This document shows positions 1-12,860 of a stretch of DNA of 64,000 nt, one piece after another. The DNA comes from the human T2T-CHM13v2.0 reference genome, Homo sapiens. A program made the position numbers and the translations under genes. Numbering within the stretch: the stretch's first letter is position 1; the number at the start of each line of letters is the position of its first letter. The notes under the pieces are model-generated. The model saw nothing but the letters and a program-made list of their open reading frames with translations, did no database searches and was not told where the DNA came from. Location: assembly GCF_009914755.1 (NCBI RefSeq), contig NC_060933.1, one strand, 5' to 3'.

Positions 1-345
1 GGTTGGGGACTCCTGATATAGGCCTTAGTAGAGTGTAGGGCACAGTACTCAGTAGATACCTGTTGAGTAAATGAACATAAGAATTTTGTTACTTGGGAGA
101 GATTCAGGATAAAATTGTCTCTCTCTCTCTCTTTTTTTTTTTTGCATCCAGATTCAATATGGAGTGTGAAACCTCTTCCTGTGGCTACGAATTTGGGTAA
201 CATTAATTTTTCTTTAAGACTATCCATGCATTCCTCCATCTACCAAATATTTACCTAAGAGTTTACTATTAACCACTACTTGGTGCCGAGAAACAGGTGA
301 ATTTGCCAAGAGGTGGAGTTCTCTGGAAGTAATTTTTCCCCAAAC

Positions 346-642
346 TTCTTTTTTTTCTTTTGTTTTGAGGCAGTGTCACCCTTTTGCCCAGGCTAGAACG
401 CAGTGGCGTGATGGGAATGCAACCTCTGCCTCCTGGGTTCAAGCGATTCTCCTGCCTCAGCCTCCCGCATAGCTGGAGATTACAGGCATGCACCACCATG
501 CCCTGTTAATTTTTGTATTTTTAGTAGAGATGGGGTTTCACCATGCTGCCCAGGCTGGTCTTGAACTCTCAGCCTCAAGTAGTCTGCCTGCCTCGGCCTC
601 CCAAAGTGCTGGAATTACAGACGTGAGCCACTACGCCTGGAC
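346..642 (-). mobile_element. Alu SINE (old AluS/AluJ type)
   Basis: Poly-T then reverse-complement Alu dimer (ctcctgcctcagcctcc, tttttgtatttttagtagag, cccaaagtgctggaattacag), ending acgcctggac. Confidence 0.95.
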
Positions 643-681
643 TGCCCTCAAAATTCTGAAGGCATTGCCCAATTATTTCTA

Positions 682-761
682 TTAGTTTGGCGCAAAAGTC
701 ACTGTGGCTTTTACCACTAAAAGTAATGGTAAAAGCCACAGTGACTTTTGTACCAACCTAA
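682..761. mobile_element. MADE1 (Hsmar1-derived MITE), 80 bp
   Basis: 37-bp terminal inverted repeats (682-718 and 725-761, 33/37 identical), 6-bp spacer aaaagt, TA duplications at 680-681 and 762-763. Confidence 0.95.
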
Positions 762-899
762 TAACTTTCACTGTGACCGAAGTCAAATGCTATTTCTGGT
801 TCTTGATATTTTATGTGAGTCCTCTTTTCTTCCTAATTGATCCTCAAAGTTTTGGGGATCCTCTATGTGTCGCTGGTATCAATGACTCTCTACCTTGGT

Positions 900-2170
900 G
901 GTTTTTTTGTTGTTGTTTTCATTACGGTAAAATACAGATGAAATAATTTACCATCTTAACCAGTTTTAAGTGTACAGTTCAGTGGCATTAAGTACATTCA
1001 CACAGGTATGCTGTTAATTTTAAATTCACAGTTTTAAGCACTTAGTGGGACCTTTCAAACTGGAGATGTATATTCTTATTTAATAATTTCATCCTCTATT
1101 TTCTCTCTTTTCTCTTTCTGGAATTTCTATTAAACAGATGTTTGATCTTCTGCACTACACATCTAACTTTATGTCCTTCCTATCATCTCTCTAATCATTT
1201 GTTCTACTTTCTGGGGTTTCTTTAACGTTTTCTTTCAGTTATTTACTGAGTGTTTTATTTCTATATTTTACTTCTCTGTTTTTCTTGCTTTGAATGTATT
1301 TTAAAAATAGCATCCCATTATTGTTTCATTGATGTAAAATGTTATATTATTCTCCAAGAACAGTAATCACATTTTTTGAAATTTTCTTATAGGCCCTTTC
1401 TTTCTTCCAAGTACCTTTTGCCTTTTTTTGTTTGTTTAGTTTGGGGTCTCTCATTTTAGAAAAGTTTTCCTTAACTATTAGCCATCCCTGGCTATCTCTT
1501 TTTGGCTAAGAATCTGTCACTACGAAGCTGAATGGATGATCTATGTACATTGGACAGGGATGGTTTGATTAGTTAGAAACCCAATAATTTTCTTGGCGAA
1601 TTGCTTGCAAATATCCGTGGGTTTTCTGTTAAGTCAGGATGTCAGCCATCTGAAAACCCAGCGGCATAGGAACAGAAGTGGGGATCTCACCGTTTACAAG
1701 GTAGGCTTTTATTTAATTACTGTGTTTTTTAGCACAGCATTCCACTATCTCCTTTGCCTCATGTGCTTAACTCTGGGAGCTCTCAGGTTCATATTCCCAG
1801 TAAACCTCTCACCTCCTCTAAGCATGATGTAGGGAAGGCATCAGGCACCACCCTCTTCTTATATAGATTTTCGACTAATCATTCCCCACCTCAATGTCTT
1901 CTAAGGATCCCAGTGCCCCTCATTTCTGAGACTTTCCATATTTTTGCAGCTTAATCAGCTTCTCTCCTCTTCAATCTTTCTCCCCTATGCTAAGTAGGTT
2001 GCCATGTGTGTATTACTTTGTATCTCCAAATTTTTTTGAAATCTATCATCTACTTTCAAGTTCTATTCCCATTTCCTTCATAATTTATGTTTTTTATTAT
2101 CTATTATTTTGGAGATTTTCTGGATGGAGTTGACATTCACCTGTGTCTTTATCTGCTGTATTTAACTGGC
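900..2170 (-). mobile_element. Ancient L1M fragments (L1MB-like 3' end ~900-1010; L1ME/HAL1-like 5'/ORF1 region ~1020-2170)
   Basis: ttttaagtgtacagttcagtggcattaagtacattcac is an L1MB-type 3' terminus; the following T-rich tract resembles decayed L1M ORF1 in antisense. Confidence 0.55.
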
Positions 2171-2269
2171 AGTCCTTTTCCTTATATTGGCCTTTAGCTT
2201 TCCCCTACAGACTCTCCTGAAAGTTCCCCTCACCCTTGTCTTCCACCCTACAGCCAATGCTATGGTATA

Positions 2270-2417
2270 AGGTTACCATATTTAGCAAATAAAAAAACAG
2301 TTATTTCAAACTTCAGATAAACAAAGACTACATGCAACATACTTAATCTACAAAAAACATTATTCATTGTTTTTCTGAAATTCAAGTTTAACTGGTCATC
2401 CTATTATCTTATTTCAA
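2270..2417. mobile_element. MER53-like hAT MITE, internally deleted
   Basis: ggttaccatatttagcaaataaaa ... ttcagataaacaa ... ttgtttttctgaaattcaagtttaactgg matches the palindromic MER53 layout. Confidence 0.75.
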
Positions 2418-2419
2418 CT

Positions 2420-2781
2420 TGTCTTTGTTCAAGCTGTTTTAACACCATACAGGCTGGGCAGCTTATAAACAATAAAATTAAGTTCTCCCAGTTCTTAAGG
2501 CTGCAAGTCCAGGATCAGGGTGCCAGCATAGTCAAGTTCAGGGGAGGTCCCTCTTCTGGGTTGCAAATAGTCAGCTTCTCATTGTAACTTCATGTGGTAG
2601 AAAGACAGCGAGAGAGCTCTCTAAGGTCCCTTCTATAAAGGCACTGATCCCATTCATGAGAACCACACCCTCATGACGTAATTACTTCCCAAAGATCTCA
2701 CCGCCTAATGTCATCACCTTGGGCATAAAGATTTCAATATATAAATTTTGGGGGAACACAAACATTCAGTTTATAATATAA
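2420..2781 (-). mobile_element. MLT1A-type MaLR solo LTR
   Basis: caagtccaggatcagggtgccagca ... ttttgggggaacacaaacattcag, the reverse of the MLT1A start. Confidence 0.85.
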
Positions 2782-3109
2782 CTCTTGTTGGAGAGGAACT
2801 TCTCACCCTAGCTTTGGCTTCATAGTACCATAATTCATACGTCTATCACACATAATTCTTATGTCTAACCACATAGCCAGCACCTGAGTAGCCCTTCTCT
2901 GTTCTCTTACCACCACAAGAAAATAGTACTAGACATTACCTGTGGTTCAAGAGCTTCTACACTCTACCAAAACAAGATGGGTAAAATGTCTGCTCTTCAC
3001 ATTTTGCTTATGCTAAGCTAAAGGCTGTGAACTGCATCATTAAAGCTTTGGAGCATTCTCAAATATTTTCAACAGTAAACTGACTGTTTACTGATCAGAT
3101 TTGGATTTT

Positions 3110-3440
3110 TAAAAAGTCATGATGTGGCGTAAAGGGTGACAAGCCTAGGAGCTGAGAGACCTTTGGATGACTACTGTAGACAGTAATTCAAGCAAGAAAA
3201 GATAGCATCCTAAACCAGGGAAGAACAAGTGAGAAGGGAGAAGAGAAAATGCAAGGAATATTAAAGAGGTATAAACCACCACCAGATTCAGAAATTGAAT
3301 TACTGTGTTGAAGGGAAAGGAGGTATTGAGTAAGTGCTGAGTTTCTGGCTTAGGCAAATGATGGTAGGTAGAGCCTTTCACAAAAAAAAAAAAAAAAAAA
3401 GAAAGAAATTCAGGACGAGAACAGATTTAGGGGAGGAGAT
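3110..3440 (-). mobile_element. L2 fragment with an internal poly-A run (~3382-3400)
   Basis: Decayed L2 3' region motifs (gagtttctggcttaggcaaatgatgg, gaacagatttagggg). Confidence 0.6.
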
Positions 3441-5009
3441 TACCATTGTTTCTCTCCTAAATGGTTCTCATTTACACAGCAGGAGGGTGATGTTCTTCCA
3501 GGAATTATGAATGTCTTTGGCCTTGTTCCAAACTCCCAGCAAGAAGAAACCACAAAGATACATCCAGCTTACTGAAGTCTTTTTCAAATGGTTGCTCCTA
3601 TTCTGACCCTGAGCTCAGCTGCTGGAGGAAGACCTTGCATTTCCCACATGCAAGCAAGGGAGGGGCCTTCTCACATGACGGTCCTGTCTTTTCAACCAGG
3701 GGGTGACAGCTATTGGCAACTGTCAGCTCAGCAACACTGGAAATAGGCTGTCCTCATTTTGCTCTGGTGCATGGTGACCAGCAGGAATGGCAGGGGCTGT
3801 TTTGTGCTCAACCTGAGTTGAAGTAACCCATCCTGGACTGAGATCTGATAGCACCAAATGGGATTGACTCTCTGGAGGGACCATTTTCTTACCAATTGAG
3901 GAGTTTGCCCCTTTGCTTTCTCTCTTAACTTTCAGATGACATCATTTGCATCAACTTCTCTTACTGCACTGTCTTCCACTTAGAATAATTGTCAGGAATA
4001 GTTCATCAGCTGTAAGCAGCACATCTCGCTTCCTGGGGAGCTGGAAATAATGTAAACTCCTCTGTTTTTAAATTTTTTTGACCACGCCAAATCTCATTAT
4101 TGAATCAATTGAGTTGATTGAGAGTTTAACATTAACTTTAGTGCTAATTCTTTGCCCTGTTAATACTCAAGTCAATACAGGCACCTGCTATCTCTGTTAA
4201 GCTAATGAGGCAGGAAAAAGGATGGGAAAGATGGCAGGTGAGGTCAGTTCTTCATCCCCTGAGTCTCTGTGTTGTCCAGGCAACTTTCCTGCAACTGTAA
4301 ATGGCAGTGTTTTGCTTTCCAGTGTTTCTTTCCTTTGTACTGTGTTAGCAGACTGCCATTCCTTTGGGAATGGCCCCTCTACTTTGTCTTTCAAAGAGTG
4401 TGCAGGATGAACTCGAGCAAACAGTCTTATGGCAATTGCAGACATAGCTACTCCATCAATTTCTATTGTTTTTGATTCAATCTGTTTTTGAAAAAGTGTG
4501 GAGTTGGAAACACAACTTGGTGTGTTGCACAAAGCAACAAACGGTTTTAGTGCCTGGGAAAAGGGAAGGCACAGGTTTCAAGACACATTTAAAGAACTTG
4601 GGGGGTGGCGGAAGGAGTAGGCCATTCTGAAGCCCATACCTCTAGCTGAAAAATTCTAATCTAATGAGTCTATAAAGAAGCAAAAAAAGAGTTTGTAAAA
4701 ATTGTAGCACTATGAATTCAAACAAACATTATTATGCCTAAGTTTGCCTTATCAGGGGAATTGTTAAACTCAAGTCAAAGACAGGGAAATAATATATAAT
4801 CAACCAAATAGATTTTTTAAAGTGGATAGCTTAGAATACAGGATATCAGTGGAAGCAGAGACATTGCACCTTACTTATAGGAATACAGGAGAAGAATAAC
4901 ATTCATGCACCAATGTGGGCTTGTTGCTAGTATGTTTTTTAAACAGCCCAACTTTCATGAAGTATTTAGGGAACATAACGAATTAAGTTTAGCAGTCAAA
5001 TTCTTTCTC

Positions 5010-5012
<3 letters not shown>

Positions 5013-5049
<37 letters not shown>
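5013..5049. repeat. (GT)n microsatellite, ~18 units
   Basis: Perfect gt run. Confidence 0.97.
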
Positions 5050-5050
<1 letters not shown>

Positions 5051-5919
5051 CGGGGTGGGGAGCAGAATTATTCATTCTCTGAGCCTCAGTGTAGTCCTCT
5101 GAAAAGTGGGTGTGATTCAAAGAGAAAAAGCCGTGAAGTACTGAGCATAGTGCCTGGCACTTCCTAGCCACTGCATTGGTATTAATTTAGGAAACTTGCC
5201 TACAAAGACCACGTCCTTTCTACTTCTTCAGTTCACCAGCTGAAGCACATCACACACCATTCCAGCTTCCTTTGTTTCCTTCTGGGTGGTGTTTCCTAGA
5301 TCTTTGCCTCCCTTGTTTTTTGTTGCGGGCCACGTACAAAGCCGCCTGGCTCTGGATGGTGGAGACTTGGTTATTTTCCAGGCTGCTTTGAGGATTCCCC
5401 AGGAGGACTATGTCAGAGGTGCTAATGAGTCTCTGTTTAACCATGACTGTGCACTCCCCTGGCAATTGGGACAGAGAGAAACACCTTGCACAACAATTAG
5501 CTTTTCACAGCCATTAGCAATTTGCAGTCATTAGCACCATAGAAACACTGCAAATAACACCCAGGAAGCAAACACCACTGTAAGGTGCCACAGGGCTCCT
5601 AAGCTGCATCAGCCCTCAGCAAGGCAGGAGTCTGAGAGCCCTAAGGTCCCCTGTGCCCACTTACTCCAGCAAATGGGTTTTGTGATTCAAAGCGCCTCTG
5701 TTCCTTCCCGTCCTATCTTTGAAAATGGCTCTATCAAGCCCATTATTTGTTTCAGTGGGACATAAACCTTTCAGAAGAAAAGTCCAGAAGATGTAGTGCA
5801 TAATAAAGCGATTGTGAATTCCCTCAAGACCAAAAATCCTAAAGGAGTCTGGAAGGAGTGGTGTGAATAACTGAAATTTGAGCGCAGTGAAACTCCAATG
5901 CAATGCAATGATTTAGCTC

Positions 5920-6440
5920 CAAAGCTGTTCATGGCAGCATTGCTAAATACCAGAACCATCTATATCTCTAACGGTAGGGATTGGTTAAATAATTGTGCTA
6001 TACCCATTGAACTGAACATAATACAGCCTTTAAAAACAATATTCTGGAATTTACAGGCAGATTATATCAAAAGGTTATAAAACTTTATTAACATTATTTC
6101 TTTTTTATTGTAAAATATGATATGCACCTTCTAAAATAGTAGTGATGATTGTCTCTGTGTGCTGGGAATGGAAATGGATAATTTTTAATTTTTAAATTTT
6201 GCTGTTCTATGTTATTCTTCTAAAACAAGTACAGATGTATGTGTAATCCTTTTAATTAGAGAGAGGGATAAAGACAGCAGAGTGAGAAGGTAAGCCCTGT
6301 CTGGTGTAGTGAGTTTAACATACCTAAAATAATTTTAAGTAAATATTTTATTGAAGCATAACATATATACAGAAAAAAGACACCAATAATAAGGACAGTT
6401 TGATGATTTTTCATAAAGTGCATAAATCCAGATACAGAAT
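5920..6440. mobile_element. Ancient L1ME-type 3' fragments
   Basis: tgttcatggcagcattg ... gggattggttaaataattgtg (plus strand) and ttttattgaagcataacatatatacagaaa (minus strand). Confidence 0.5.
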
Positions 6441-6574
6441 GAATCTTAAATACCATGATGGTTATGCTTGTGGCTCCACAAATGTCTGCATGGTGAACAA
6501 TTACAGTAGGAAGTCAGCTGCGTGTTGAGGAGTCAGTGATGCAAGTTCATCAATTGAAAGCCCATTATGGTAAT

Positions 6575-6948
6575 TGCATTAGTCTGTTTTCACACTGCTA
6601 CAAAGAAATACCCAAGACTGGGTAATTTATAAAAGAAAGAGGTTTAATTGACTCACAGTTCTTCATGGCTGAGGAGGCCTCAGGAGACTTGCAATCATGA
6701 GAGGAGGAGAAGCAGGCACATCTTACATGATGGCAGGAGACAGAAGAGAGAGCGTGTGAAGGAGAAACTGTCAAACACTTATAAAACCGTCAGCTCTCGT
6801 GAGAACTTACTCACTATCACGAGAACAGCATGGGAAAAGCCGCCCCCAGGATCCAATTACCTCCCACCAGGACCCTCAACAGGTGGGGACTATAGGGATT
6901 AATTTTCGAGATGGGATTTGGGTAGGGACACAGAGCCAAACAATATCA
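6575..6948 (-). mobile_element. THE1 (THE1C/D-like) MaLR solo LTR
   Basis: TG...CA ends, THE1 body, perfect 5-bp TSD GTAAT at 6570-6574 and 6949-6953. Confidence 0.93.
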
Positions 6949-6974
6949 GTAATGCTGGAACGAAAGGTGGTAAA

Positions 6975-7090
6975 TCTCCATTTTACAGGTGCAGAAACTG
7001 AGTCCCTGGGAGTAAGAGTAACTTGAATCCCATAACTGCTAAATGGAGGAGCTGAGATTTATTCCCAGTCAGGCTCTGGAATCAACGCAT
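6975..7090 (-). mobile_element. MIR fragment
   Basis: ccattttacaggtgcagaaactgag MIR core. Confidence 0.7.
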
Positions 7091-7425
7091 TCCCAAGAAG
7101 AAAAAATACAGCTGGGGCAACTAGAGAAGGCCAGGGCATCTCTAAAAGCTTGATGACCAGAGAGTAGGAGATAGGGAAGAGCTGTGTCAGGGAGGGCTGG
7201 AAGGCTTGTCTGTTAGGAAGGAAGGGCAGAAAATCAGTTCCTGGCAATTTCTACAAAAATCAGACCAGTGGGGGAAACTAATAATGCTAAGTCTGGTGCC
7301 TTTGTGCACTTATATTTCATGTGGACCTGAAAGGTGGCCTTGAGGCTGATGGAGCAGAGATGCAGAGCACAAGAGCTCTGACCTCCTTCAGAAGTCATGG
7401 TTATCTAAGAAGAATGGGGTCTAAA

Positions 7426-7730
7426 TTATTTTTATTTTATTTTATTTTTTTGAGACAGAGTCTTGCTCTGTCACCCAGGCTGGAGTGCAATGGCACAATC
7501 TCAGCTCACTGCAACCCTTGCTCCCAGGCTCAAGCAGTTCTTGTGCCTCAGCCTCCCGAGTAGCTGGGACTAGAGATGTGTGCAACCACATCTGGCTAAT
7601 TTTTATATTTTAGTAGAGACGGGGTTTTGCCATGTTGGCCAGGCTGGTCTCAAACTGCTGACCTCAAGTGATCCGCCCACTTCGGATTCCCATAGTGCGG
7701 GATGACAGGCGTGAGCCACCGTGCCCAGCC
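7426..7730 (-). mobile_element. Alu SINE (AluS/J)
   Basis: Full reverse Alu; degenerate TSD agaatggggtctaaatt / agaaagggggttaattt. Confidence 0.95.
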
Positions 7731-8740
7731 AGAAAGGGGGTTAATTTATGTTTTCTTTATATTTACTAATACATAGGGGAGGAAGGTAATACTCATAATC
7801 CTCCCACGTAGAAAAGTGGCCCCCCAAATCTTCACTGAATGATCCAACTTCTTTTCCTTTGAAATAGGTGTTCTGGGGGAACCATGCAGAGGGCACACTC
7901 TGGGCAAGGGGTGCCTCCGGAGAACACAGGATACGTGTTAAGGACCTTAGGTGATGAGAGCAGAAAGTCACCTTCCAAAATGAACTCAGCCGGGGAGGGA
8001 CCAAACTTGGAAAGTTTTCATGGAAACCGTTTCATCAAAGATATATATCTAGGAATTTTGTTATCTTAATTAACTCAGAGGTAGCACCATACTATGCTAA
8101 GAAGACTGGGTGTAAGACTTGTAATTACCTCTCTTTAGGCCGTTAACCCTATTTGGTTACTGTAAGCTTTTCAAGGATTGAGGCCGTGTGGTTGGTCATC
8201 TCTATATGCCCAATGCATAATAATGTGCCTGGTAGATAACAGACATTAAACAAACGCTTACTGAATGCATAAAACATGTGTCCTAGATATTCTAGGCTAA
8301 TACCACTTTAAATAGTCCACTGCTTATGTACACTGGTTTGAGTTCAGAAACATTGATCATCAGAGAGTTAGGTCTGAATGTGACTGATGGAATTTCCGGG
8401 AATTTCCAAGAGATACTTCTCAGCAGTAGCCACTATACCAGCCATTTTTCATATTCCTCAATCATTCATTCATTTTAGTAAAGGTAGAATCAGACAGAAA
8501 TGAAGACTACTCCAGAAGTGAAGGAAGCGAGAAATTTATAGAACCTGAAATTGGTTCCTGGTCTTCATATTTCAGCAACTTCAGAATTTTTTTTAAATCC
8601 TCTAAGACCTTTTTAAACAGTCATTTATTGAAGTCTTACTAAGTAGCAGCCTTATACTCAGTGCTAAGAATACAAAAATCAGTAAGACAGAACACACAGA
8701 TCTGAAAATAGATAAATTACAATCCAAGTTGGATAGTGTT

Positions 8741-9314
8741 TGTATTATGTAGGATGTCTTCAGTTGCAAGTAACAGAAAAGAAATAATGGCTAAAAAAAA
8801 GAAATGTTTAATCATCTCACAAATCATGAAAGACTAAAAGTAGATGGTTCCACATTGGTCCAGCAGTTCAATGATATCATAAAAAAAATCCAATACTCTG
8901 TCTTTTCACTATTCTATCCTTTGTCCTTGGCTTATTGCCTCATGGTCACAGAATCGTTGCTGTAGCTCCAAGTAACATGTTTGCACACAATTGCATTTAA
9001 GTCAGGCAGGAAGGAACTTACTGTTTCTCTTTATAGCAGGAAACAAAAATCTTCTGAGATAAGCTGACCAACAGACTTTTTCTTTCGTCTCATTGGTTAG
9101 AACTGGGTCACTTGCCCATTCCCAAATCAATCATGAGAAAAGGGGAATGGGATTGCCATGGTTGGCATAAGCCAATGATGCTTTATTCTCTCAGGCTGGA
9201 GGAAGGGGCTGCATCTTCCTTGAGCATGTTGCTACCACCTAAAAAACTGGATCCTATAACCTAAAGAAGGTGAAAAGAAGAGCAGAGGAGAAGTTAACCA
9301 ACGTGTTTGCCACA
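8741..9314 (-). mobile_element. Old MLT1 (MLT1J/K-like) solo LTR inserted in an L2 remnant
   Basis: tgtatt...cagttgcaagtaacagaaa start, ...tgtttgccaca end, TSD gtgtt/gggtt. Confidence 0.75.
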
Positions 9315-9964
9315 GGGTTAAGCACAGAGTTGAGTGAATCAGTGTACCTTATTTTTTCTAATTTGATGCCAAATCTTCAGCTCCACCTCCCTTCCCTAGC
9401 ATAAGGCCAACAGCCCAAGGCTACAAGAAAACCTGGCCTTTCCCTGACACTGCCTTGGCCTTGATTGCCTCAGTGCGGAGAGTAAAACAAGCTGTGAGAC
9501 TCAGCTCCTGCCCTATCCTTGAGCTCTAATAACCTCAAGCTTTTACAATTCCAACCAAGTTTAAAATTCTAGCTTGTTGATGTGAGTGGGAGTTTGGAAT
9601 GCTGGAGGGGAAGGGTGAAAGTCAGGTCAACAAATGAGATTTGAAGTGGTTTTCCTTCCTCAAACGCAAGCCTCACATCAGGACTCTGAACTCAAATGGC
9701 CTCTCCTGAATGAGAGGGAGGGGGACACATGTAGGGAAGGCCAGGAGAGCCCAGCCATGGGTGTAGCTGAATGTTGTTTCAGAGAAAAAACAAGATTTCT
9801 CTCCCTGAAGACCACTGGGTACTACTTTCAGAATTTACATAAGAGAGAAATAAGGTGCGATCTCAATCTGGGGAAGTAAGTTAAGGAGGTGATTGGAGGA
9901 GGACTCTGTGGAGGATGTGGCTTTGTTCAACACATGCGTAGACACTGGTTTTACAAGGCCACGA

Positions 9965-10250
9965 TCGATATGCTACTGATATATAATAGATGATATGATT
10001 GATATGATACAATATGATTTAATGTAATACAGTAGTATAGCAATTCAATATAATGATACCAGTAACTAAAATTCATTGATCATTCACTGTGTGATTAACA
10101 CAATGCAATGAATTATCCTTACAGGACTACTCATAATCATACTTACAGGCAAGTTTCATTATAATCCACAGGCTGAGAAAAGTCACTCTGTTAAACGGTG
10201 GACTCAGGACTCAGGACTGCAGGGCTGTCTGCCTCTAGAACCCTCCTCTT
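9965..10250 (-). mobile_element. MIR with a degenerate pentamer-like simple repeat at its tail
   Basis: gatatgattgatatgatacaatatgat tract followed by MIR-like sequence. Confidence 0.5.
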
Positions 10251-12384
10251 CACCATTTTGCTATTTTGCTTCCATTTGTCTCTTTCCTACCTGGGTGTTA
10301 ATGCATATAGTAGTGAAAAGGCCAAGTGGTGACTACAGACAAAGACACTAAGCAAGGTTAAGTGAAAAACAGCTCATTGGGATAAATATTTCACTGGCTA
10401 GAAAAAACGAAAAAAATAACACCAAAAAGTTATTTTAAATGTTCAGAGAACAAAAGAGTTAAAAGTTTCTTGTTTTAAAGAGTTCAAGAAAGTAAAAAAC
10501 ATAAGAGGAAATACAGTTTTGATAGGAATTATATAAACAGATGAACTTCTTTCTCCATCATAGAATGCATGAACATTTATGTGTGTATTATCGAGATTTT
10601 GCAATGGCCTTGTGGTTTTTTTGGCAGTCATTCTCTAGCCTATATAGTTCACTCTTTTTCTAACTAACTCAAACACTCACTTTATTCTTTCATTCATTCA
10701 TTTACCTAGTCATCCGTCAGATGTTTATTCAGTCTCTTCCACGCACTGGGTACCAAGGAGGATAATGGAAGCTTAAGAATAAAGAGACACTGTCTCCTGC
10801 CTTAAATGGGATGGAATTTAGTATGCTCAAAAGGCAATTTTCCCCTTCAGATCCCCCTCAGACTCACTCCATTGCCTGTGAATGGTCCTGTGCAATAGAG
10901 AGAACTCCTTTAGCCCTCTGGCATGTGGTATCGCCGTACTGCAGGGAGTTGCCTATCTCTGATTTAGGACTGGAAGTGGAGGTTCAGAAGATGAGAAAAT
11001 GTGGAGAACAGAGGACAGTAGATATGTTCCCTGTCTGTCTGATTGAAGCGAATTCTGGTTCAGGAACCCCCTGGGAAGTTCTATGACTTCAATATCCTAT
11101 GGGATTTTGAAAACATCAAAGCTTCCTGGAATTGATCAACCCATCTTGGTTCCTTAAGATTTCCCTTCCACCTACTGGGAGGCACTAAGCTAAGGGTAAG
11201 GTAGGTACATGGGGCAATGTTTATTTCCGGCCCCACTCTAGAGCTAACCTCTGCTACTGGATGCCTGAAACCACATGCCTGATTGTAGCCTTTGGCTTGA
11301 CTCAAGAATCCTAATGAACCTCTCCAGCACATTTCTCTGTGTACTGGAGAAACAGTGATGAACACTATTCTTGAAACATCGCTAGAATTGTCCATACTTC
11401 TTTTCTGTATGACACCTCTTTTCATTTGGTTGTTTTCTTTTAAATTTTATTTTGCTAAAATTCATAGTGAGGTAGGTTTACATTCTCACAAAATATAATA
11501 CAGGCAATCAAGAGATAGTCTAGGAGCCTCTCTTAAGGCTCCTATTACACACAGCCCCCAAGTACTGGGACCCCTTCAGACCATCTCATTTTTAGGAGGT
11601 GTTCCCAATCACTAACAATGGCCTGTGTCAAAATGCCTCCCCATAGTGATAGCCAACGTCCTGAGCAGGTGTCTATGTCTCAGGCAGCTGGTCTCTGTAA
11701 GGGGTATCCAATTATGATGAGGCTCCAGGAAGACGTATATGGGTGTAATGAGAAGGATGACGGAATGGGACCCAGGAGACACCCCACAACCACTATCACC
11801 AAAGCCTGGACATTTGTTCCTGCCCATTTCTATGCCCATATTTCCTCCTTTGCAAAATAAATAGTTCAGACTAGAAGAGGCCTCAGGTGCTATCGAGCTT
11901 AGACGATTTATGACCTTCTGAGTACTGTAAGTGTTACCTGCTTTGGCAGTTTGCACTAAGAATCGGACTTTAGAGATTTGGCACACTCTGATGTTTGTTC
12001 AGTTGGTAAGTGTGCTCAGTTTTTGTGGCATGTGTCTACAAAGCACAAAAGCCTTGGTTTCTCTGGACTTCTGAAGTGCAAGAGATTGATAGCAATCCCA
12101 GCCCATTCCCAGGGAGAGACGCAGAAACAACTCTGTGAAAGGTTACTTTGGTCTCTATGGGAACCACTCTGTGCCCTTGACAGAGAAGACAGCTTGGGGA
12201 AGGGAGGCACATCCGAGAGCTCTGAAGCCTGGGCAGAATGCCCCATGGGCCCACAATGCCACATACCTGTGAATGGAGAGAAGGGAACAGGCAGTCCCAG
12301 TGTGCATATTTGGAATCCAAAGTCCTATTTGACCTTAGATATTTGGAAGTAGGTGGGACCTGGAAATGCTAACACCCAGAGGCC

Positions 12385-12860
12385 GTGCAGTGTAGTGGAA
12401 AGAGAACTGGCTTTGGAATCAGAGGTTCTGGTTTGACTCTCAGCTCTGCCCTTACTAGCTACGTGACTTGGAGAAGGTCTCCTAACCCTGCTGAGTGTGG
12501 GTTTTCTTGTCTGTCCAGTGAGAAGCATTAGGTCTTTCCTGATGATCTCATAGGGCTGATGTTTCTGGTTACTTTTCCTGCACACAGTGTACAACCCCCG
12601 CCCCCCGTGATGCGTCAGTCACAGTCTAACAACAATATTAAGGAAGGATAATGATAAAGTTAATTTTTGTGGAGAATATAACATTGATGATATTGCTACC
12701 CACTGTTGCATTCTTAATATGTACTAGGCACTCTGATAAGGACTTCAGAAACATTAATTCATCACCTGAGATCACATGGTTGGTAAATCACATGGCAGAA
12801 CTAAACTCAGACGCTCTGACTCCAGAGCCAAGGTCTTAACCCAGTGCGTGGTTCATCCCT
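12385..12860. mobile_element. Two MIR fragments (12385-12560 plus; ~12700-12860 minus)
   Basis: gtgtagtggaaagagaactggctttggaatcagag ... cttactagctacgtgacttgg; ctgactccagagcc. Confidence 0.75.

Noticed and set aside
11521-11544. 9-bp stem hairpin taggagcct/aggctccta (and similar 8-bp stems near 52193 and 58623)
   Set aside because: Stems of this length are expected several times by chance in this window
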